Shown: positions 1 to 7,460 of the stretch, piece after piece
Layout of the letters: every line of letters starts with the position of its first letter
Position numbering within the stretch: position 1 is the first letter of the stretch
Origin: Verrucomicrobiota bacterium
Lineage (GTDB): Bacteria > Verrucomicrobiota > Verrucomicrobiia > Limisphaerales > CANJXF01
DNA length: 10,256 nt
Direction of reading: 5' to 3'
NCBI GenBank assembly: GCA_038214755.1
Contig: JBBQRQ010000132.1
Location: 1-10,256, forward strand
Program-made: the position numbers and the translations under genes
The notes under the pieces: model-generated
The model's input: only the letters and a program-made list of their open reading frames with translations
What the model was told of the DNA's origin: nothing
Databases searched by the model: none

Positions 1-213
1 CGCCCCCCTTGCGTGTTGATCTGGTCCGCTTGGTGGGCCGTTTTTTCCCTGGGTTGGGCGGCCCCCCCGTCCCCCTGGCGCGGGACCCCCCCCCCCCGCT
101 CCGAGGTGGAGGGCGACTTCGCCACGGTGCGACTTTTAGTCCGACTGAATCGTTGTGGTTAAGTTCGGACTTTGGCTTCAATAATTTTCCCGCAAATTAA
201 ATTTCAAAAACAT

Positions 214-1287
214 TTGAGCAACTCAAAATTCAAAACTCAAAATTCAAAACTTCCCTCCGAGCTTGGTTACAGAATGCCCGCCGAATGGGAACCGCATGCG
301 GCGACGTGGTTCACCTGGCCGCGTCGCGAAGGAATCAGTTTTCCAGATAAGTATGAAGCTGTTTTGCCCGTTTATGCGCAGCTGATTCGCGAATTGGTTC
401 GAGTCGAAGAGGTCAACATCAACGTTTGGAATGCCGACCTGGAAAACGAAGCACGCGAATTTTTGCGTACAGAAAAAGTTCCGCTCGACCGAATTCATTT
501 TCACCATTTCCCCGCTTATGAGCCGTGGTGCCGCGATCACGGCCCCATTTTTTTAGTGCGCGACAAAAATGGAAAACACGAACGCGCCATCGTCGATTGG
601 GGTTACAACGCGTGGGGAGGAAAATATCCGCCGTTTGATTTGGACGACGCCATCCCGCAACACGTCGCCCAACTGCGCGGCCTTCCGCTTTTTTCGCCGG
701 GCATCGTGATGGAAGGCGGGTCTATCGACGTGAATGGTTGCGGCAGTTTGCTGACGACTGAAAGTTGTTTGCTCAATCCGAACCGCAATCCGCACTTGAG
801 CAAATCTGAGATTGAGAAATATCTTTGCGATTATCTCGGCGTCACGAATGTCCTCTGGCTCGGCGATGGAATCGTCGGCGACGATACCGACGGCCACATC
901 GATGACTTGAGCCGGTTTGTAAATCCGACGACCGTCGTGACGATTGTCGAAGAAGATTCGAGCGACGAAAATTACGAAATCCTGCAGGAAAATTTGAAAC
1001 GCCTCCAGGAAATGCGCGACGAAAAAAATCGTCCGCTGCGCATTGTGGAAATTCCGACGTGCGGAGTGGTCGAACATGGAGATCAGCGTCTTCCCGCCAG
1101 CTACGCGAATTTTTATATCGCAAACCAAATTGTTCTAGTGCCGACCTATCGTCACAGGAATGACCCGAAAGCGTTGGAAATTTTGCAGAAGGAATTTCCC
1201 GATCGACGTGTCGTCGGAATCGATTCAACGGAATTGATTTGGGGACTCGGCTCGTTTCACTGCATCAGCCAGCAAGAGCCAGCATAA
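214..1287 (+). CDS. aguA: Agmatine deiminase (peptidyl-arginine deiminase family)
   Basis: Family motifs GYRMPAEWEPH, WCRDHGP, MEGGSIDVNG, DDTDGHID, ASYANFY and C-terminal GSFHCISQQ with the catalytic Cys. Start is uncertain: TTG 172, TTG 214 (preferred, since homologs usually have a few residues before MPAEW) or ATG 274. Confidence 0.92.
   Translation: MSNSKFKTQNSKLPSELGYRMPAEWEPHAATWFTWPRREGISFPDKYEAVLPVYAQLIRELVRVEEVNINVWNADLENEAREFLRTEKVPLDRIHFHHFPAYEPWCRDHGPIFLVRDKNGKHERAIVDWGYNAWGGKYPPFDLDDAIPQHVAQLRGLPLFSPGIVMEGGSIDVNGCGSLLTTESCLLNPNRNPHLSKSEIEKYLCDYLGVTNVLWLGDGIVGDDTDGHIDDLSRFVNPTTVVTIVEEDSSDENYEILQENLKRLQEMRDEKNRPLRIVEIPTCGVVEHGDQRLPASYANFYIANQIVLVPTYRHRNDPKALEILQKEFPDRRVVGIDSTELIWGLGSFHCISQQEPA
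222..249 (+). repeat. Tandem heptamer repeat (YTCAAAA)x4 in the aguA 5' end
   Basis: CTCAAAA TTCAAAA CTCAAAA TTCAAAA read directly; encodes part of NSKFKTQNSKL. Confidence 0.85.
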
Positions 1288-1451
1288 TTTTTTTCAGGGA
1301 ATGGAAATAATTACGGCCAATCGCCGCCATGCTTGAATTGCTTCGATCGCTCAAGCCAAGAAATAAATTCCAAACTCGACAACTCATCCGGAACATTGGC
1401 GTGTAAGGCGCGAGCGGGCGAATGAATGATGGGAAAAATTCATTCAAATTG

Positions 1452-2042
1452 TTAAACTGGCGGTAAGGTTTTTCGTCTTTCAATTTCATCTAGGACGCAT
1501 TTCTCACAAACGCCGTAAAATTGTTCGATATACCATTCAGATGCCAAAGGCGTGTCATTATCCGCATGAGAACAACGACTATCCGGAGTGTAACTTCGGA
1601 AAATAACAATGCCTTGACAAGGAATTCGCTTCTGCAGAACTGAAACAACCCGCTTCATACACGATTCGCAAAACCAAAACAATTTTGCGTCCGGCGTTCG
1701 TTCAGCTTTGCGACACATATGACATCGCAAAGCTTTTCGGATACCGTCGAGGTCTTTTGCGTATGGCCGTCTTTTCGGATACGCCAAACAATCTTCAAGC
1801 AAGTCTCCCATCTTCCATGATGTTTCCTTCGACAGAAGATCGATGCGAGGAGTAATCTCTACTTGGCGGCGGACAAGTTCAGAGCGAACCAAGCACACTT
1901 CGTTTATGTGTTGTTTGAAACGATCGTCATTCGGACGATCATAATCGCATACTCCGACGTGACGAAGTTCTAGGCAAAGATCGTCCAACAAGTCTAAGTC
2001 CGAGCGTTCCTGAATTGGCGGTTTTGGTGGCGTATTGGCCAT
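1452..2042 (-). CDS. Hypothetical Cys-rich protein (196 aa), possible tandem zinc-binding motifs
   Basis: Only long ORF in the interval; ATG lies 17 nt downstream of the hisD stop; 12 Cys including CHMC-x14-CESC and CSH-x19-CEKC; two hand-counted 60-nt lines are 40% and 45% GC, lower than hisD. Confidence 0.75.
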   Translation of the reverse strand: MANTPPKPPIQERSDLDLLDDLCLELRHVGVCDYDRPNDDRFKQHINEVCLVRSELVRRQVEITPRIDLLSKETSWKMGDLLEDCLAYPKRRPYAKDLDGIRKALRCHMCRKAERTPDAKLFWFCESCMKRVVSVLQKRIPCQGIVIFRSYTPDSRCSHADNDTPLASEWYIEQFYGVCEKCVLDEIERRKTLPPV

Positions 2043-2059
2043 AAAAAGTTGGGTTCAAT

Positions 2060-3352
2060 TTATTTTGTGCGAACCCTTGTAGATTTTCCATGCGCATCCA
2101 AACCTTCAAGCTCCGCAAATTTTTCCACGGCAGGAAGCGCCTCTGCCAGAGCCGCGCGAGTGTATTCCACCACGCTGGTGCGGCGTTGAAATTGATCCAC
2201 CGTTAACCCGGCAAACGACGCGCCCGCTCCGCCAGTGGGCAGCGTGTGGCTCGGCCCGGCGACGTAATCTCCTAGCACCGTTGGCGAATAATCACCGAGA
2301 AAAATCGCGCCGGCCGTCAAAATATTCTCCGAAACTTGAGCGGCGCGTCGCGCCATCACTTCGCAATGCTCCGGCGCAATCTGGTTCACGAGTTGGATTC
2401 CCTGCTCCAAATTTTTTACCAGAATCAGCCAGCCGTTATTTTGCAAGGCGCGTTGAATAAATTCTCGCCGCGCAAATTTGGGAAGTTGCCGATTGATTTC
2501 CGTTTCAACGCCACGAAGCAATTTTTGGGAATCCGTCACCAGCCAAACGCGCTCATCGCCGGAACCATGCTCGGCCTGGGCGAGCAAATCGGCCGCGACA
2601 AATTTTGGATTGGCGGTTTCATCCGCGAGCACGAGCACCTCACTCGGTCCCGGCAAAAGATCAATCGCGACATGCCCGAACAGCAAACGTTTTGCCGCGA
2701 CGACATAGGCGTTGCCCGGTCCAAAAATTTTCTGAACCCAACGAATGGTGGCCGTGCCCAGAGCCATCGCTGCAATCGCCTGCGCGCCGCCGATGCGATA
2801 AATTTCCGTCGCACCGGCAGAACGAATCGCAAACAAAAGCGCGGGATTTATTTCGCCATTTTTTCCCGTCGGGGTGCAAACCACCATCTCCTTACAACCG
2901 GCGACCCGCGCCAACGTGATCGTCATTAGCGCGGTGGACACCAGCGGCGCTGTTCCGCCCGGAATGTAAATTCCCACGCGTTGAAACGGATCGTATTTCT
3001 CGCCGACCTTCGCGCCGTGGCTGTTTCGCATTGACCAATTTTTGCGTAATCCTTTTCGGCTGAACGCTTCGATGTTTTTTGTCGCAACCGCAACTGCGTT
3101 TCGCAACTCGTCGTCCGCTTTCACCGATGCAGCCAGAAGTTCCGCTTGGGTCACAGCAAATTGCTCCGCCGAAATTTTTACGCCATCGAATCGTTCGGTG
3201 AATTCGGCCAGCGCATCATCGCCGCGCACTCTCACGGCCTCGATGATTTCGCGCGCGCGGCTTTCAATTGCCGGATCGAAGAGACTGGAGCTGGCCGTGA
3301 TTTCACGAAGGCGGTCGGCGAAATCCGCGTCACTGAATCGGACAATTTTCAT
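2060..3352 (-). CDS. hisD: Histidinol dehydrogenase
   Basis: 430 aa; motifs VGIYIPGG, IGGAQAIAA, KIFGPGNAYV, DLLPGPSEV, DLLAQAEH, APEH, LGDYVAGPSHTLPT. Confidence 0.98.
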   Translation of the reverse strand: MKIVRFSDADFADRLREITASSSLFDPAIESRAREIIEAVRVRGDDALAEFTERFDGVKISAEQFAVTQAELLAASVKADDELRNAVAVATKNIEAFSRKGLRKNWSMRNSHGAKVGEKYDPFQRVGIYIPGGTAPLVSTALMTITLARVAGCKEMVVCTPTGKNGEINPALLFAIRSAGATEIYRIGGAQAIAAMALGTATIRWVQKIFGPGNAYVVAAKRLLFGHVAIDLLPGPSEVLVLADETANPKFVAADLLAQAEHGSGDERVWLVTDSQKLLRGVETEINRQLPKFARREFIQRALQNNGWLILVKNLEQGIQLVNQIAPEHCEVMARRAAQVSENILTAGAIFLGDYSPTVLGDYVAGPSHTLPTGGAGASFAGLTVDQFQRRTSVVEYTRAALAEALPAVEKFAELEGLDAHGKSTRVRTK

Positions 3353-3361
3353 TCGGCGACG

Positions 3362-3390
3362 AAATTAGAGGAAGGCTAAACGAAAGTCAA
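3362..3390 (-). promoter_or_regulatory. Putative sigma70 promoter of hisD
   Basis: Minus strand: TTGACT (3390-3385), 17-nt spacer, TAATTT (3367-3362), then 9 nt to the ATG; no Shine-Dalgarno. Confidence 0.6.
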
Positions 3391-3410
3391 AAGACGGGGA
3401 ATGGGTATGG

Positions 3411-3503
3411 CGGAGCGCAGATCTCCAATCGGTCAGACGTCGCCCCTCCAGCGGCATTGCGATTTCAAATCGGGGATACAACAACTTGCAACGCTGTCCC
3501 GCC
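3411..3503. repeat. Degenerate copy of the three-hairpin REP-like element at 4928-5014, same orientation
   Basis: 3460-3496 matches 4971-5007 at 30/37 positions and 3411-3432 matches 4928-4949 at 16/22, both ungapped hand alignments. Confidence 0.75.
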
Positions 3504-3529
3504 GATCTAATGCCAAAGCCGGCCGATGA

Positions 3530-4855
3530 CTAAATGGAATCGTATGACCACGGCTTGCGCATCGGGCGCGCAACAAATTTGTCGGCCTCTTTATCCCCGA
3601 CAAAGTGTTCGTGTTTAGCGTCCCACTTTAGTTTGCGGCCCAGCCGCAGTGCGATGGCCCCGAGATGGCAAACCGAAGCTGAACGATGACCAATCTCTGC
3701 TTCGCAAATCGGTTGTTTCCGGGAGCGGAGACAATCGAAAAAATTGCCCATGTGATCTTCGCTGACGTAAAGACGGATGGCACTTGATGGAAGCGCATCG
3801 GTTAAAATTTCCGGACGGCTTGCCTCGATTTTTCCACGCGTCACCCGAATCCAACCGTCCGTCCCTTCGAACTTTGTCCCATGAAGTTTTCCATTCGGAT
3901 TTACGACACCGCCAGTCAAAGTGTTGTCGCGCGTGCTTTCGCAAGTGTGGGTCAAGCCATTGGCATAGGTGTAATCGATTTTGTAATCGGCGATGGCGGA
4001 GTAACCTCCCGGTATCGGCTCGGACAAGACCTTACCTTCGATGCTGGCCGGCCCGCTGCGCTCCAGGCCGCTTCCCCAAAGCGCGATGTCGTTATGATGC
4101 GCGCCCCAATCGGTCAGCGTCCCGCCGGAATACTCATACCAATAGCGAAAGAAAAAATGGCAACGTTCCTTCACGTAATCCACCGATGGCGTTGGCCCCT
4201 GCCAAAAATCCCAATCCAAACTTTCCGGCACAGGCGACGTTTTAAAAGGACCTTCGCGCAATCCTCCCGGTAAAACAGTATTGATGTGTTGCAGCTTTCC
4301 GATCCGGCCATTGCGCACCAGTTCACAAGCCAGTCGAAAGTTTTTATCGCTGCGCTGCTGACTGCCGGTTTGCAAAATGCGTTTTGTTTTCTGCACTCCG
4401 CGAACGAGTTGCTTGCCGTCTTCAATCGTCAGCGTCAAGGGCTTCTCGCAATAAACATCTTTCCCGGAGCGCATCGCCGCCAGCGAAACCAGCGTGTGCC
4501 AATGATCCACCGTGCCGCAAATGACGACATCAATGTCATCGCGTTCCATCACCTTGCGAAAATCGTGATAGGCCGTTGCCTCCGGAAACATTTTTTTCGC
4601 CTCGGCAATATGCGCTTCGTCCACATCGCACAGAGCGACGACCCGACCAAAGCGTGAGGCATTTTTTGCGTCGCCGCGCCCTTGCCCGCCGCAGCCAACG
4701 AGCGCGATGGCGGGCTGGTCGTTGGGCGAAAGCTTGCGTTTTGGCTTCGCCTCGCATTCCGCCACAAACCATTTCGGCAGAGTAGAAGCGGCAGCGAGGG
4801 CCGCGCTCGATTTGAGAAAACGGCGGCGGTTCAAGCGAAGGATTTCGTGATTCAT
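3530..4855 (-). CDS. Gfo/Idh/MocA family oxidoreductase with twin-arginine (Tat) signal peptide
   Basis: LNRRRFLKSSAALAAA Tat motif after ATG 4855; Rossmann IALVGCGGQG; DHWH, GKDVYCEKP, QTGSQQRS, GGTLTDWGAHHND. The upstream extension to 5002 runs through a palindromic repeat and is unlikely to be coding. Confidence 0.93.
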   Translation of the reverse strand: MNHEILRLNRRRFLKSSAALAAASTLPKWFVAECEAKPKRKLSPNDQPAIALVGCGGQGRGDAKNASRFGRVVALCDVDEAHIAEAKKMFPEATAYHDFRKVMERDDIDVVICGTVDHWHTLVSLAAMRSGKDVYCEKPLTLTIEDGKQLVRGVQKTKRILQTGSQQRSDKNFRLACELVRNGRIGKLQHINTVLPGGLREGPFKTSPVPESLDWDFWQGPTPSVDYVKERCHFFFRYWYEYSGGTLTDWGAHHNDIALWGSGLERSGPASIEGKVLSEPIPGGYSAIADYKIDYTYANGLTHTCESTRDNTLTGGVVNPNGKLHGTKFEGTDGWIRVTRGKIEASRPEILTDALPSSAIRLYVSEDHMGNFFDCLRSRKQPICEAEIGHRSASVCHLGAIALRLGRKLKWDAKHEHFVGDKEADKFVARPMRKPWSYDSI

Positions 4856-4927
4856 AATTGGGCAAAGATTGTTTGGCCATCGTGCCTTCCCGAACCTCTC
4901 GCCACAATTATTTTTTTGCGCCTCACT

Positions 4928-5014
4928 CGTAGCGCAGGTTTGCAACCTGCGGGATGTCGCGATGCCCTGCCGGTTGCAAACCGGCGATACAGCAGCTTGC
5001 AAAGCTGCGCTACG
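4928..5014. repeat. GTAG-type REP-like element with three 17-nt hairpins
   Basis: Terminal inverted repeat CGTAGCGCAG...CTGCGCTACG; hairpins GCAGGTT-TGC-AACCTGC (4934-4950), GCCGGTT-GCA-AACCGGC (4969-4985) and GCAGCTT-GCA-AAGCTGC (4992-5008). Confidence 0.88.
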
Positions 5015-5152
5015 GCCCCTGCAATTCGGTTAAATTGAATATCACGAAATCTGAATCAGTCGATTAAGCAGGTCAATGAGTTGAAGAATTTGGAAAGAAT
5101 AATGAAGAGGAGTAGCTTAATAACAGCTTGGTTGAACCGGAAGGATTTCACT

Positions 5153-7384
5153 ATGAAAACTAATCTATTGCACCGGGTAGCATCTGCCTCTGGCGGGTGC
5201 GTGACGACTTTCTCTTTTCTCTCTAAAAAAACAAGCGACCCAATAAATCTTTTCGCACCCGTCAGAGGCAGATGCTACCCCGGATGGAGAGGGGCAGGCG
5301 CAATGATTGCCATTGCTCTCGGGCTGATGGGATGCGTGGATCAAACCAGCGGAACTGACACTCAAAATTCAGCGGAAATTCTGGCCGACCAGAACGCGCC
5401 CCCGCCCGCGTCTGCCAGCGAAGAAGAAATTCCTCCAGCCAGAGCGATCATCCCACCGGCCGATCTTTCTCCGGGCGTTGCGGAGGTCGTGAAATTGGCT
5501 CAATCAGGTGTCGGGGATGAAGTCGTTCTGGCTTATATCAATAAATCCGGACCCGCCTTCAATCCCTCCGTGGATGAAATTGTTTACTTAAAAGACCTCG
5601 GTCTTTCAGAGGCGGTTCTCACCTCGTTGGTCAGCCACAAAAATGCTGAGGGTGGAACAGCGGCCCCAATACCCGTGGCCGAAAATAAAACTCTTCCACA
5701 ACAGCCCACGCCTTCAAATCCCACCACTGCCAGCGCGCCATCCTATTCCGTGGCCGCCGCACCGGATTATACAGAACCGGTGACTGCTCCCGCCGCTCCT
5801 CAGCAGGTCAATATAAATTATTTTGAAAACACTTTGTCTCCGTACGGCAGTTGGGTGGATGTGGCGGACTACGGCCGCTGCTGGCAACCCACCGTCGTTC
5901 TCGTCAATCGCGGATGGCGTCCTTACTCCGACCGGGGACGATGGATTTATTCTTCTGCGGGATGGTACTGGCAGTCCGATTATTCGTGGGGCTGGGCGGC
6001 TTTTCATTATGGACGCTGGCACTCTGATGATCGGATTGGCTGGGTGTGGTCTCCCGGTTCTACTTGGAGTCCCGCGTGGGTAAGCTGGCGCTATAACGAC
6101 AATTATTGCGGATGGGCCCCGTTGCCGCCCGCCGCACACTTCGATGGGTTTGGATTCCGTTACCACAATGCGCATGTAGGAGTCGGCTTCGATTTTGGAC
6201 TGCGCGCCGATTTCTACACTTTTGTCCCGATTCACCATTTTGCCGATCGCGCGCCTCATCACTATTTCGTTCCCGGTGCTCAGGCAAAAACCATTTATCA
6301 AAACAGCGTCGTGAACAATTACTACATTCGCGGCAATAACAACACGGTGATCAACGAAGGCATCTCGCGCGATCGCGTTGCCAAAGCGAGCCGCACGCCA
6401 ATCCGCACAGTTGCGATTCGTGATCTGCCTGTCACCGGAAATCCCATTGGCCGGGCCGAGCGTTTGGAAGGAAATACTCTGGCTGTTTTTCGGCCGAATG
6501 TTTCAGCGAGCGCCGCAGCCACTCATTCGGCGGCCACACGTTCCTCTCGCACGTCGCCGCAGAACTCGGCGGCAATCACGGCGAGAACGCGCCAAAATGT
6601 TTCCCCGGAATCATCGCAAAATCTGGTGACCCGAACGCAACGCGGCAACAATTCCACTCCGGTGAAAACCGAAACGACCCCTTCATCGCCGCGTGAAACG
6701 ACCACGGCTCGCACGGTTGAAACGGCGACACCTCGCAGAGATTCTTCGACGCCTCAATCGCCCACGACATTTCCGCGCACCTGGTCGCAACCCTCGGGTG
6801 CGGTGAGAAATTCTTCCACCGTCGCTCCATCGCGCAGTGCGCCAACCGCACCGATTACCGCACCGGTGCAAGCTCCGAATTCTGCGCAGACTCGTTCCGC
6901 CAATACTCCTTCGAGCGTGGCACAACCCGTTCCCTCGGCGCTGAGAAATTTTCCGGCTCGACCAACGCCCGCACAAAACACGCCTTCTCAAGTCACAGAA
7001 AATTCTGCGCCGCATAATAATTTTGTCGCGCCATCGAGCGTTGTCCGCTCGGATTCACCGGCGCGAAATCAATCGGTGCGCCGCGATGTCGATGCAGCGG
7101 CTCCTCGCTCGTTGCGCTCGATGGGAACTGAGCGGCAGCAACCTGTCTTCAATGCGCCGGAAAATTTCAACAGAGGTTCTCAGGTGGAGAGGAGAAGTCC
7201 GGCGGTCGTTCAACCGGCTGCTCCGCGATCGATCTCACCCGCACCGCGAGCAATTTCACCTGCTCCCCAAGCGGCCGCGCCTGCCCCCCGAGCGGCCGCG
7301 CCCGACGCTCCACGCAGCCAATCCGCCCCGGCGGTGCGCGAACGAACTGATCGACCGGATAGAAACAGCCGCGACAAGAATTAA
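5153..7384 (+). CDS. DUF6600-like domain putative lipoprotein with long low-complexity C-terminal tail (743 aa)
   Basis: AAGGA RBS at 5141-5145 before ATG 5153; hydrophobic stretch plus lipobox LMG-C; helical module LSPGVAEVVKLAQSGVGDEVVLAYI...; Trp/Gly-rich LSPYGSW...WRPY...WGWAAFHYGRW...WSPAWVSWR...GWAPLPP (5819-6130) recognised as DUF6600-like; P/S/T/A/R-rich tail. Confidence 0.85.
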   Translation: MKTNLLHRVASASGGCVTTFSFLSKKTSDPINLFAPVRGRCYPGWRGAGAMIAIALGLMGCVDQTSGTDTQNSAEILADQNAPPPASASEEEIPPARAIIPPADLSPGVAEVVKLAQSGVGDEVVLAYINKSGPAFNPSVDEIVYLKDLGLSEAVLTSLVSHKNAEGGTAAPIPVAENKTLPQQPTPSNPTTASAPSYSVAAAPDYTEPVTAPAAPQQVNINYFENTLSPYGSWVDVADYGRCWQPTVVLVNRGWRPYSDRGRWIYSSAGWYWQSDYSWGWAAFHYGRWHSDDRIGWVWSPGSTWSPAWVSWRYNDNYCGWAPLPPAAHFDGFGFRYHNAHVGVGFDFGLRADFYTFVPIHHFADRAPHHYFVPGAQAKTIYQNSVVNNYYIRGNNNTVINEGISRDRVAKASRTPIRTVAIRDLPVTGNPIGRAERLEGNTLAVFRPNVSASAAATHSAATRSSRTSPQNSAAITARTRQNVSPESSQNLVTRTQRGNNSTPVKTETTPSSPRETTTARTVETATPRRDSSTPQSPTTFPRTWSQPSGAVRNSSTVAPSRSAPTAPITAPVQAPNSAQTRSANTPSSVAQPVPSALRNFPARPTPAQNTPSQVTENSAPHNNFVAPSSVVRSDSPARNQSVRRDVDAAAPRSLRSMGTERQQPVFNAPENFNRGSQVERRSPAVVQPAAPRSISPAPRAISPAPQAAAPAPRAAAPDAPRSQSAPAVRERTDRPDRNSRDKN
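5175..5280. mobile_element. REPIN-like inverted doublet inside the coding sequence
   Basis: GGGTAGCATCTGCCTCTGGCGGGTGCG (5175-5201) and CGCACCCGTCAGAGGCAGATGCTACCC (5254-5280) are reverse complements at 26/27 positions (the exception is a G-T wobble) around a 52-nt AT-rich loop; each arm is GTAG plus an imperfect hairpin. Confidence 0.82.
7220..7303 (+). repeat. Imperfect 21-nt coding tandem repeat x4
   Basis: Encodes APRSISP APRAISP APQAAAP APRAAAP. Confidence 0.8.
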
Positions 7385-7460
7385 AGGTTAGCGCCTTTTG
7401 GTTTCTTGGGCGGTTCTCGTGGGTCATAAATTTTTTTGGGATCGACTGGCTTCCCGGATT

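Noticed and set aside
9..200. 63-aa ORF
   Set aside because: Lies in low-complexity end sequence; Pro/Gly/Arg-rich with no recognisable motif.
1265..1489. 74-aa minus-strand ORF
   Set aside because: Overlaps both neighbouring genes and has no recognisable features.
4856..5002. 49-aa N-terminal extension of the oxidoreductase
   Set aside because: Translates the palindromic repeat; the Tat motif position supports ATG 4855.
5081..5152. Upstream starts (TTG 5081, ATG 5102) for the DUF6600-like gene
   Set aside because: ATG 5153 has a well-spaced AAGGA and yields a sensible signal peptide once the insert is discounted.
7384..7400. Possible terminator AAAGG-TTAGCG-CCTTT-T
   Set aside because: Stem is short and AT-rich and the U-tract is interrupted; too weak to call.
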